NCBI RefSeq assembly: GCF_040938485.1
Contig: NW_027271029.1
Coordinates: 868,001 to 932,000, forward strand
Direction: 5' to 3'
Source of the DNA: Diadema antillarum
Taxonomy: Eukaryota
DNA: 64,000 nucleotides
Position 1 is the stretch's first letter. Each line of letters begins with the position of its first letter. This document shows positions 39,335 through 51,939 of the stretch, one piece after another. Position numbers and translations under genes: made by a program. The notes under the pieces are model-generated. The model did not search any database. It was not told where the DNA came from and saw only the letters and a program-made list of their open reading frames with translations.

Positions 39335-42300
39335 TTAAGGTTCGAAGAGTGGGCAGCATTTAAGTAGTCACTATATCACGTATTTAACACTTCATACGTC
39401 TGCTCCCATCTGTTCAAATGTGGTTCACCGCTCTATATACAAAGTTCGCTAAAAAGAGCTTACACATGTAATCTCAGGTTTGATCTTCATGATCTATATG
39501 TATGGCTTCTCTGTTCACCGTTTTTAGGGTAAGGTAGAATTATATCAGTTGATGTTTCTCCGGGGTTTTCGTGGATGGAATGAAGAACTGATTGGCACCG
39601 GTACAAAGAAAGTAAAAATATAAAATAGAAATGTGCCAAGGATTTTGATGTGAGTGTCAACCCAGGAAACGGCACCTTCATGGGGTATACGATAGAGGGA
39701 GACGAATTCATTCTGAAATTCCATTTTCATTCGTGGTCTATAATAATTATGTAAATGTTAAACAGGGCTTGCGGCTGCAAAAGCATAAAAATACATTCAA
39801 ACCTCTGCGTGAAGAAGACGAAAAAAAAAAAGATTGTTTGTAACATAGGCGATTGATACAGCAGAATCTGCACTTGAGTGTATGAAAAATATGATTTCAT
39901 GCTATCAATCATAATCATGCACTAGCAACTGATATAAGCCACATGTTCATTCCTTCAACTATGGTGAAGTATTGGCTACTATCTCCACTGTATGAAAGAC
40001 CACCATCTTACATCTGAGATGAACCAGATCGCAAGTCAAAGGGGAACATATTAACCCAAAGGGATAAGGCGTAAACCACCTAACAAATCAATTTATGATA
40101 TTTCAAAAACAATGCTTCTCTATTGTTAAACAAATTTTCTTTCTCCTGCTATGTGGAAAATGGTTTTATATTAGGCAATACTTTGTGGTTCTGTACATAC
40201 GGTAAAGAAAATTTCACTTAATTTCTTGACCGAATTAAAGGACAGTGTTTCAGTCATCTGACATCTGACGTCATCTGACTCCATTTCATGCTTCAATGTA
40301 ATCACCGTCGTGATGGATCAATGGCGGGTGCCAGTATCCCGTTAGGAATATCAGAGTCAGGCCCGTATGACGACAAACGACAAACAAACGGCATACATGC
40401 CCAAACACCGTGTGCTGTACCGCGGTTAGAGTTCGTGATGTTGCAATGTTGTAAGATTTACAAATATCTGATAACTGTACCGCAGCAATTTAGGTTAATC
40501 TTTCGACAGCAGTCGGCAGCGAGATTGCTTGTGATTGATCACACCCCTGCTCAAATTTATGAAAAAAAAATACTTCGAAATCAGCGGGATGCGGGATATT
40601 GATTTACTTCTTTTTTTCTTTTTCTTTTGGCCTTATATGACATCACTTTCAAATCAATTAAGGTATCATACAATAAAGTTTCCCATTAAAAATTCACCAG
40701 TCTTTTATTTGGGTTCTTCGATTTGGTCAGATGCTTTAGATAGATGAATTTGAATGACAGTCTCGAGAACGAACACAAGCAAGCTAACCAACAAATAAAT
40801 ACATTTACATCTATGAATTCATACAGGCCCTCCGCATTTCAAAGTCCTTCAAAAGTCTAAGAAATAGACAAAACAAGCATTGCTTAACGAACAAAGATTA
40901 CACATTTGTCTTTGTTTACAAAACTTAGTTTAATTAAAGCGTAAATCATGTTTAACTTTTACAGTTACAAATAATTTATCTAAATACTGTCCACAATTTT
41001 TTTTTTAGGTTCTTAACCAGGTCCGTCTGAACCATATCGACTTTGCTTCTTTTCTAACCAATTGTTGAATTCTAAGGGATGATTTTTCTATGTAAATAAA
41101 ACATAATCGTCTGACAGTCTGATATGAGTTTCACATGCAAAGTAAGCTCAGACTGGGGTTTACCGGAGAATTTTCATCGAATTGGATGCACGACTCGAAT
41201 ATCATTTAAATTTTTGTATTCGTCAGTTTTCACATGAAACGCGGCACGCGCAAATATTTGCCCTCGCATTAGCGCGGCAATAAACCGATCTCGCGCACGC
41301 GATGTCAGAGTGGCGACGAATTACTAGATTCGCAGCAAATATGAAAAAATGAGCTTCATGATGGTTTCTTAATTAAGAATCCGTGGTCAAATTGTTCCTG
41401 CGTTTATGTGTAAATGAATGATTGTTTGTGGAAATCATCCGACGGAATTAGTCAATCTCAGTCCGCAGCGTGAGTTGACGCTTGAGTACAATGCCTTGCT
41501 GCAAAATAAAAATGCTAAAGATAATCAGCACTTGACTATTTCAATAAGCGCTATAGCTATAGTTAGAGTGTATCAAGGCAGGTTATAGACGATGTACTTC
41601 ATTGTAATGACGATCTATATGTGCTGCCAACGCTACAATTATTTTTTATCTAACTGACATTTGACTGACGAGGGAAATGTGCCACAGCGATAAAGACACG
41701 TTCGTTAAGGCAGCAGTGGAATGAAAGCGCAAATCTCCTCTATAATTACTAGCAAGCATTAAATAGAATCTAATGCTAATGAATTTGCCGTTATGTAACA
41801 CCACCTACAAAAACAGTGCTTCTGCTAAACTTACAAAAACCTGCTTAGAAGGAAGAAAAGAAAATAATAAAGACAACTTCAAGTTTTTAGTTTCTTTATT
41901 TCACCAAAGCAAGGAACATATTAAAAAAACAATACATACATCAATATTCGGATACGATTACAAACATATCAATAATACAGTGAAAAGGAAAAAATACAAC
42001 AGAAATAGATTGACAATTACACATACATAGGTTTAACAGATACCTGTAAGCTATGGAAGGTAGCAGCCAGAAAGGAGATGTCCCTTATTTATAGCTGACC
42101 TAAAATCATTCGTTCAATTTCAATTATCTATAGTGTGTTCAAATTGAAGTAAAACGTAAGAACAGGACAAGACAAGACAAGACAAAACAAAACACATAAT
42201 GACAATAACAAAATACGGGATGTCTTGAATCATAAAGAATAAAAGATTATACTCTTGACCTCAATGAGTTTGGCTATAATTATAAAAGAGAGGTTTTTTT

Positions 42301-43289
42301 TTGTAACCAGATTTAAATGTATTCAAAACTTATCGTTTTCCCCATCACGATCGAAGGAGAGAACACCTTACACGTGACAAAGGAGTTCGCCTTAGAAAAC
42401 CTTTGTAGAGCCTTCACAAAAGATGTCGTGGGGTCGTGAATTTGGTGGTATACATACTAATTAAATAATCAAACCACACCCGGGCATTATCGTCACACCT
42501 TGAGACTGTATGCGATAGTGTGGACGTTCCTATATAGCACACAGAGATTGATAAAAGGACGACATATCGACCGACGGGGAACATCTCTTTTTCGTCTGTA
42601 GTTGAATTGACACTAAAAGCTTTAACAAGCCTTCATACTAAGGTGAAAGCGGTCAAGGCACTGTGTTTTTTTTTTCATGTTTGTATCATTTCTAGCCTTA
42701 ATATACCACTGTTGAGATTGTATCATTATTCTTATCACCGTTATAGTTACCATTATTTTTATCTATTTATTTATCATTATTTTTATCATTGTCATTATTA
42801 CTATTGTCATTATCAGAAATAGGCATGTTATAGGTTAATCATCACTGGCACTTGTATCGCCAATCCCTTTCATAATTACATCAATCATTTCTTGTGACAA
42901 CGGCTAACAGGCGTGTATAGGCCTAGTAAAATTTTACGTTCAAGCGCTTTTTTTTTTCTCACACTTTTTTTTCCCTCCCTTTTGGCGCAAAGACCGGGAG
43001 TTAATGCATTGTAAATAATGACTTAATGGGACTGTATGGCAAGGGGAAATTAGAAATCAGGTTCGGACGCGCTGTCATGGACACCACAATCCATCAACTA
43101 TAACCCAATCAACGCACTCAAGGGTACGTCATGCAACCTGGCATTAATGTAGTCAGTATAATAACTCCTGTGCGCAATGACATTGGCGCCATAAATTGCC
43201 AGGATTTTGGCGCCAAATTGCCAGGAGTGCACACCGAACGCTATATTCCTATTTCAGTCGCCAATGGGACACCCGTTTCCAATGTTTAC

Positions 43290-43614
43290 ATCTCTCCCTT
43301 CCTCTCTCTCTCTCTCATCCTCATCCTCTCCTCATCCCCACCCTCCCTCCCCCTCTCTCTCCGTCCCTCCATCTCTCCCACTTTCTCTCTCTCTTTATTT
43401 ATCTATCTTATTGTCAATCTATTTATCTCCACCTGTTTATCCTCCACTGTCTTCTTTTCTTCTCCCTCTCGCTTACAATGTATTTCTTTTATATTCTTTC
43501 TCTTCCGCATCTTCCTCTTGCTTTTCTGTCTTTCCTCCCACACTCTCTCTCTCTCTCCCTCTCTCACGTCTCTGTCTCACTCTGTCTCTGTCTGTCTGTT
43601 TGTCTGTCTGTCTG

Positions 43615-43632
<18 letters not shown>
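43290..43632. repeat. CT-rich compound microsatellite
   Basis: (CT)n and (CTGT)n tracts. Confidence 0.9.
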
Positions 43633-43654
<22 letters not shown>

Positions 43655-45334
43655 GCTTTGGTTATCCCACAGAGGGAAATCATATCATGATGAAAATGAT
43701 AGTGATAATGTAACGATAAAGATTCACAATATGATAATGATTATTACAAGACGGTCTATATAATCAGGTCAATCCCTCAGTGCCCGTATAGTGCTATTCA
43801 GAATTCCCACAATTAAATCGTAAGCCCACACCAATGCCATCAGGTAGGCCTACCGCGAGCCGGGTTATGGAGGATTTGATGCCCTGAGTGAGGTCTAAGC
43901 TGTATAGAAAAAAAAATTATCAGGAATTCAAAAGCACTTTCATGAAAGGAAAATGCATTACTGGTAAATTAAGTTTTATAGGAACGCTGGAGGGTATATA
44001 TAGGGTAAGGTCCCTACCGAACAAAAGTCTCTGAATGTTAATGAATGCAGAAAGATAGTGAATCACCCCTGAGAGCGTCATGTGAAAAATACTCTACAAC
44101 ATTCTTATTTTATATCACACCTTTAAGTCACACCCTAATAACGATATGAATAATAGTGAAAATTAAAAAAGTTGCCTGCTATGTTTTAGAATGTTGCGAA
44201 ACTAATTTCGATCTCAAAACGCTACAAGTTTTTCGTGCCAATATGTTAGTTCAGTGACAAAGTAACCGGCAAAGTGAATGAAGAGATGAAATTATAAGTA
44301 GGCCTATACACTATGATAATGGCTTCACTGGTGAAATGTGAAAGCTGGATATTTTGTAGGAATAGAGATTGATCTGTTAAGAACAGAATGCTGGCGATGA
44401 CTGTCAGGTAAGTTCTAGAAACCATAACATTTTGAAGAAAATACCGAAAAATATAACTGTGCCAAGCAATCGAGTATCTTAAAGTAAAACACGCGGTGCG
44501 ATGTAGAATCAAGAATTTATTTTGTATGCTTTCTCTTAGGATTATCTATTGATATTCATATTTGCTTGTTTGATTTGTCATTTCTGTTGTTGATTTCCGT
44601 CTCTTGCAAAAAAAAAATCATAGATCTGCCTTTATCTGTTGAGAGAAACAGGAAAGCCTATATTTAGGCTGAATTGGATATTGATTTGTGTTATTGTTAT
44701 CATTATCATCGTTTGTTATGATAATGATTGTGATAATTGTTAGCATCATTATGATTATGATTATGATTATGATTATCATCATCATTGTCACTACTATACT
44801 ACAGGAATATGCAGCATCAACGTTACATCATAATACATGATTTATAGATAAATTCATAAATAACGCAATCCAGAGATGCCAGGAAATCATTGTGTGCAAA
44901 TCAGGGCGTGCAGGACAAAAGAAAAAGTGAAATGCAAATGGTGGCATTTTTTTCACGGTTTCGTCTTAGTATCGTTGACGCGGAAGAATGATGAGCAGAC
45001 AGACATCGTACGGACATCGTACCTAATTGGAGACCTCATAATAATAGGGCGTTTTATGGGCGTCGTGAAGAGAGAATTGGCGAATTGTAGCGTGTAATGT
45101 GCACTCTGTTTGACACAATCGATGATTCCACGTTACATTATTCACTTCCTGGTCAAAATCAAATAACATCGAGAAGTTGTTTTTTCTTTCTCTCAATAGT
45201 GTATTGGGACTGGGAAAGTAATGTGTCCAATGTCTTATCGAATAACCGCTAATAACTATTTCAGAGTGAAGTTGAAAATGGCATGAGCACACGCACCCTG
45301 CGAACTCAAGACAACGAGCAAAATGTCCCAACAA

Positions 45335-45916
45335 TTCAAAGAAATGAATGGACTAGCTCACTTTCATAGACATGTGGATTGAATGAATGTAGCAATATTG
45401 GTAGAACACATCAGTGAAAGCTTGAGGAAAATCCGCCAATTCGATCAATAGTTATGAATTTCTGCGCAGTCATTCCTGGATGAGAAGACTACTACAGTGC
45501 ATGATGTCACATGCGTGGAACGATATAAGGCAAATATACGGATTTTATTTCATCAAGATTTCTTTTTTTTTGGGGGGGGGGGGAAATACTAATTTCCTTG
45601 ACTTATTACGGACGTATGTTAAGGGTAATACGTAATATCATTCCCCCTTCCTTCTGAAAAGGCAAGTCAAATGCTCTTTTTACTATGCGAGAAAAGGGGT
45701 TAGTGTATGTTGAATTTTCATTATATTTTCTTTATCATCCTTCTACACATGAGGGGTTTTGTGGCATCACAGTAAGTTGTATTAGTCTTCTCAACAAGCG
45801 AATACAGCACTGAAACTTCAAAAATTTAGAACTTGGTCAAACTTTCATTGATGCGGTCTACTAATATAACCGCATTATCTCAATTCACAGGTATATGAAG
45901 ATGAACTTGTCCTTCA
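45335..45916. mobile_element. Degraded copy of the 27012 foldback family
   Basis: atgtggattgaatgaatgtagcaatattggtagaacacatcagtgaaag matches the left arm; aaactttcattgatgcggtctactaat matches the right arm. Confidence 0.6.
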
Positions 45917-47226
45917 AAGGAAATGTCCTGAGTAAGATCATGTCTCACTGCTGATTGCATTCAGTAAAGATACCAGCTGTCTTATTTGGACGAAATTTGA
46001 CGGAAATCTGCAGAAATAGTCCAAATGCTCTTTTATTTTAAAGATGATTGGGAATTGTTGATTATTTCTTTTTCTTCTTCTTCTTTGCTGCTCTACGGCA
46101 CATCCGCTAGGCCACTGGAAAATCGGAGAAATATTCAATCTTTATGGCTGAAAGGCGGAGCGTGTTGATCCAAACTTCTGCTCAAGGTCCACTGCTGGCT
46201 TTTAGTGGAGATGAAGTTTTGTAAACATTGATAACGAGCGTTTGTTACATTAAATACGACATCATCCCGCCATAGCAACAAGAAGAGCAATCGAAAATGC
46301 AGGCGACGTGTCATCTCTCCAAAGTGGTCGCGGGACACTTTAAAACGAAACAAAAAACAAACAAGACATAACACGCCCCGATTCTCAATCAGAGTGCCGA
46401 TGAACGACAATTCAAAGTGATCTCAGCCGTCAAGAGGCTGACGTTCGCAAACAATCGGCTTCGTCCTATGTATATAAAAGGTGGATTATTGGACAAAAAT
46501 GCAAGAAGGCTTGACAAGATTAATTGTTCTCCGAGATGACAGGGTGCGCCGTGGAGGCAAGACCAGCCAGTGATGCGCGCCGACATCGCTAACCAGTACG
46601 GCCATGGCGGAGTGTGCTCAGAAATCATAAAGCTAACAACTTAAATGCGGTGTTTGAGATGCTCTTACCAGCGATCTACGGATATTACACCTGTTACTCT
46701 GATACCGGAGAGAAACCAAATCTGCACTAATTTAGAGGTATGGCAGATGATTATCACGGTCGAATCTCCCAAACCTCAATTCTGAAAAAAAAAACGGAGT
46801 TTGCGCCCAAAACGGAACCCCATTCCTTATTTTTGCTAATTACCCGTCCTCTCAGCACAGGACACACACCATGCCTGGACTGTCATATTACCTTCATTAA
46901 ACCGTAGTCGAGTAGGAAAACCGTCATATGAGCTAGACGCCACTTCGTCTGCAAGAGTAGGCATTAACTGTCATGTTTGATATATACTTTACTGAGTCTC
47001 AGTATCGTAGGCGTTATCCTGCTTTGGGCATTTATATTTGTTCAAGATAAAAATATATTCATGATTTCAAAGTCACTGCCATACTAGAAAAACAAACAAA
47101 CAAACAAACAAACAAAACAGATGGTTTCGGCGTAAACACATGACCGTTCATTGAGTTCAAAGAATATGATTTGTAATATTATCATTATTTGCAAATTCGA
47201 CACTTATATAGATATAAACATATATA

Positions 47227-47230
<4 letters not shown>

Positions 47231-47272
<42 letters not shown>
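47231..47272. repeat. (TA)n microsatellite
   Basis: Perfect TA run. Confidence 0.95.
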
Positions 47273-47275
<3 letters not shown>

Positions 47276-49164
47276 CAGTATCATGTGACCAAGGATTAAA
47301 CCGTATACATATAGGTCCTACATATATACATATATTACAAAATCAGATCATTGTTATTATTGTAATATTCAAATGTTGTTACCGATCGTTTCCTCCATTA
47401 CACGTCTTATGTTCGTCAACATTGTTATCATCATTGTTTGATGTGGACCGTGTTGACACAGTAGCATACGTTGTGCCCGTGGGCATTATTATAAGAAACC
47501 AAAAATATTGTTAGACACCTGTGCGAAAGAGCCCGACTTTTCAAGAGGGGCAACGAATGAGATGAGACAAAATAAAGGTGATAGAAAGCATGTAGGGATG
47601 AGGAGAAAAAGAGAAGGTTGGTTCACATACATCCGAAAATAGAATGGTATAGTGGGCTTGCAAGAAGGTCATTATGACGTTTGACACGTTCATTACGCTC
47701 GTCACTTTATACGCGGCTTGAGACATTAGATAAACTTTGGGAGAAACTGGACTGGATTGATTATAATAATGTTCGCATTAGCCAATTTATCTTCGAGTGG
47801 GCTGATCGACTCGTAGACGAAATTTGAAATATTAGGTCTTGTTTTCGTTACCAACAGTCACTAAGCACTGGTCATTACTCGAGTTTGATTAGAAGCACTC
47901 CCACACAAGGAGGGTTCCTCTTACCACCGATTTGTTTTTGAAGCGATACGGCGGGGGTGCAACGCCGATGAGTAGATTAATTCTGACAGGATCAATCATG
48001 CGATTCTAATAGTCTGATATTCCCTAAAATGTGTCATGATTTCCATGGGACCGTAAAGAGAGATTTTAAATGAAAGCTGAAACTTATGAAGTTTTTTTTT
48101 TCACTTTTCATTTAAAGACAATTATGCCATATTTTATGTTCAACAGCTTGCGGTCATAAAACTCATTACAGAATTTTTCGACGGTAAAAGGAATTCTTGT
48201 AGAGAGATGGAGACAATAATGATGTAGGCCTTCGTATGCATGTCAGTGTGTGCGTTCGTTTTCATATACTGGCGTGTGTTTTTGCTTCAGGGCATCAATG
48301 TTTAAACATTATTCTGCTTTGAGACCTGTTTTTTTATGCATTATTTTGTTCAATGTCTGAAGCTATAATAGTGATAAAGTTTACATTATTCAAGCCACAA
48401 CCAATTGTTCTCACAGCCGTTGAAGTCTCTATACACGGTCTTGAATACAGTAGGACTGAATATACTTCGAGAGTACTATAACCAATTGCTATTGGGGGTG
48501 TAATTAATTAATGACTATGATATATATCTTTATAGTGTTTCAAGAATTTTTAAGAAAAGCGATTCAATTTTAGCAGGTAAGGACGAAAATAAAAGAGTAA
48601 TTGCGGGCGGTAGATAATCACTAGAGTAGTTTACTATTGTGTATCTTTTGGGATAGAAAATAACACGGCTTCCATTATAGTAAGATAGTACAACATATTC
48701 TGTTGCCAACTCGATGGCTAATCCCATCATCCACTTAATTTTGTTCCGAAATGCTATCGTGCGTCACACCCAGATCATCTATTATACCTGTCAACATTGA
48801 TCGATTCATCTTCACGAAGGATTGGGCTTCGCTTTTGATAATGTGGAAAATGGCTTTTGAGGAATGTTTCAATTTCACATGAGCTGACGTGGATGATGAG
48901 ATCACATATTCACGTAGCGGGGGAAAGGGAATGGATGTTGTTATGAGACATGTAAAACAGGGGCGGATCCAGGAATTTCGTGAAGGGGAGGCGCCTTTAC
49001 AAAATTAGATTGGGGCGCACTCGCCTCTCGATTTTCTTTTTCATTTTCTTTCTTTTATTTCTAACAAAAGAGGGAGAGGGGAGACAAGAGACAACGGTCA
49101 GGAGGGATTATAATATACGGATGGAGAGACGAAATGATTCTAGTGGCTCGTCAGTAAGTTTTAA

Positions 49165-49546
49165 AGGAATTGTCTAGTTGTGGTTGAGATGGGGGCTTCA
49201 GATTTCAACTTTATGCGAGATAATTAGAAACTATTTATGAAATATTACAATGCATACAATTCTAAGAGGAATTTCAAATTCACTTGATTAAAAAAAGGGT
49301 TCTAAATGGTTGAGATATTCCAAAGAAAGTAAAACAGAGTGGTCCTGATAAAAGGTGGGTCCCACCTTTTAATAGGACCTCTTTGTTTTTGGATATGTCA
49401 ACCGTTCTAAAGCCGGTTCTCATTAAATAAACGTTGATTTCCTTTTAGAATTGTATGCTCTGTAATATTTCAGAAGAGGTTTCTCATTGTCTCACAAAGA
49501 AGTTGGAAACCCGAAGCCCCATCTCAACCAAAATTACACCATCCCT
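49165..49546. mobile_element. TTAA-flanked (Kolobok-like) MITE
   Basis: ttaa at 49161-49164 and 49547-49550. Central palindrome aaaaggtgggtcccacctttt. Confidence 0.8.
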
Positions 49547-51327
49547 TTAAGGCATCCTACCTTGATACAATGCAATACTTTAATGTCTTATTTCATTACT
49601 CCATAACTACTATTGAATGTTATGATTTATTGCTAAAGTATACATCAAAGAATACAAGTAGTAGTTAATTGTGGCAGGAGATGTGTCATAAGACATATGC
49701 TGTTGTAAATATAAGTAGCTTGTAAACTACAACATCATACTGACATTTTTTTTTTGAAGAAAAGGAAAAACTCATAATTTTGGGAACGCTTCACTCGTGG
49801 TTGACAGTGGTCGCGATTACATAAAAATTTCTGCGCTATATGAGGCGACTGAAACGTAAGACGTATTGAGTGTACCTAAAGGGTGGGGCATACATAGTGA
49901 AAAAAAAAAACCACCGTCATCTATACGGATAACACAAGAACAGCTGTTGTGTCTCATAATAAAAGATGACAATGCTATCCAATAAGAAAATGAGAGAGAT
50001 GGGGGGGGGGGGGTTATAGATTGGAGGAAAGAGCGACAGACGAAGAAGGAATGGAGGAGGTAGAAAATGGCATATACACGCGAGAGGATTTGAGGAAAGT
50101 GAGGAAACAACGGAAATGCTGTCGGGGCCATGCAGTTAGTGATCACCACAGCAACCAGAGTTAAAACCAAAAGCAGAAATGGCGGCGTAATGGTATACTT
50201 ATTGTGTCCATCATTAAAAGCGCATAGACCTATCAATTTGCTGACAGGTAATGCCTAGTGGTGTGGAAGAAAGTGATAGGCCTATCACTCCGTGATCTGG
50301 CGCATGCTCGCTGGCAGCAGGTGACTGTGCGGCAGGTAGAATGTTGTGGCCTCATCAATCAAACCTGTTAACTAAATACTGCATAACTGTCACTTTAAAC
50401 GACATCAGGACGAAGTTGTTTGTAGGTGTTAAACAAAGGTTTCAGTAAATATGAATGCCGCTATGACATTGGTCTTGCCGGATATGAAGTAAACCTAGAC
50501 GGGAAATGACAGCTCCCTGGGAATGCTGTATCGTCGAGTCTTTGGAAGGGTTAATACCGCGCTGTTTGCGACTGTCGACGAGTTAGCGAGTGAATGAGTG
50601 CCTGGCGATTCATTAAACCTGTCAATAGCTGCTCCAAGGACTCGCAAGAATCTCAGTGTGGCCTGATGACACTAATCCTGCCACTATCATCGATGAACAA
50701 TGCACATCCGAACGTCATAAGTATTATACGAAGCCCCAACTACTCCTGGTGATAACAACCGCTTTAGTGATTAGCGATTGCATAAATAACAGTCTCTGTT
50801 CTCGGTGACGATGCAAGCACAGCTGCCTTCACAGATTGGTTCTCTGGCGCCATTCCGGATCATCAACACGAACATTTTTAGGTATTGATTTAGCTCTAAC
50901 GAAAGGACAAAATCAGTCCAATATGACCAACGTCTAAGGATCTCAAGGTGCGCTAACACAACGCCGATTGTGTAATTTTGTTTTCATGCTGACTATAACC
51001 AGACATAACCGAGTTCATGTTTCGACGCTACTTATTTGATGCAAATGGTGGAACTTTTGGAAGATAGAGGTGTAATGATATTTTGTTTAAAAAAATGTAT
51101 TTGAAATCTGCGGTTAATAAATTTCAGACTTTGATGAGAATCATTTTGTGGTGACATGGTGACCACTGGTGAAGGATATTGACCTGATTTCAGGAGTCAT
51201 CAGCTTTGCGCGACGTCTGGCATTGCTGACATGGTTGAAAGACAACATTTTGATATACAGCTATCAGTGTTTTAAAGCCCGCCCATTCAATTGTTTTCAC
51301 ACCAGCTTGCCGAACACTGAGACGGCC

Positions 51328-51939
51328 ATGGCTACAAAGAATAAACAAACGAAGATCAAGAAAGTGGCCTGGTCTGATTCGTCGCGGGGATCTACCAAAC
51401 ATCTCGGAGGATTTCGTGTGCTCGATTACCTGAAGAGCTCGAGAGCGAAAAGCCCCGATACACGCGGAGGCGTTATATCGTCACAGTTTGACGAAGCGAA
51501 AGATCGCCAAACGATCACTAGTGATCGGGGAGACGAACAGGAGATTCTGTTTGTCGTTGGCTCACGAATTGGCGCCATCGGCGCGCACGGTCTTCCCAAC
51601 ATATATCGAGCGACGAATCCTTATCGACGTGGCCTCTGGCTTGCCATCTTTCTAGCCGGCCTTTGCGTGGTTCTCTGGCAATTCACGACGCTACTCATCG
51701 CTTACTTCAAGCACGATGTGAACATCAACACCGACTTTGTCCGACTTCGGCACCTCGACTTCCCCGCCATCACGGTCTGCAACCTGAATCCCATTATGGC
51801 ATCAAAACTCGATGAGCTGACCGAATATGGCCTCAATCGCGACGACATTTGGCCTGCCGAAACAGCCAGTTCAACGCAAGACTTGGAAGGAAGATCGAAT
51901 AATTCATCAACCAGACAATCTTTGTCGATGCGTGCCGAG
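51328..51939 (+). CDS. DEG/ENaC isoform B exon: N-terminus, HG motif, TM1, start of ectodomain
   Basis: gccATGG start after the acceptor ttttcacaccag| (51305). IGAHGLPNI, RRGLWLAIFLAGLCVVLWQ, FPAITVCNLNP. GAG|gtgatt donor in phase 0. Confidence 0.9.

Noticed and set aside
39629-39754. KCAKDFDVSVNPGNGTFMGYTIEGDEFILKFHFHSW, vaguely like the carbonic anhydrase QFHFHW motif
   Set aside because: Only 41 codons between stops, with no NNGH or SEH motifs and no good splice sites; probably chance.
43131-43763. Three overlapping 164-210-aa ORFs
   Set aside because: They arise from a CT microsatellite that lacks stop codons; the translations are low-complexity S/L.
44360-44407. 48-nt segment with good acceptor and CAG|gtaagt donor
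   Set aside because: Stops in all three frames, so it is not a missing channel exon; at most non-coding.
49817-50236. 139-aa hydrophobic - strand ORF and acidic + strand frame (EERATDEEGMEE...)
   Set aside because: Explained by a purine-rich tract and G-run; no family motif or credible splice sites.
51169-51305. N-terminal extension of the 293-aa ORF, and its tail after 51939
   Set aside because: These lie outside the acceptor (51305) and donor (51939) and read as intron.
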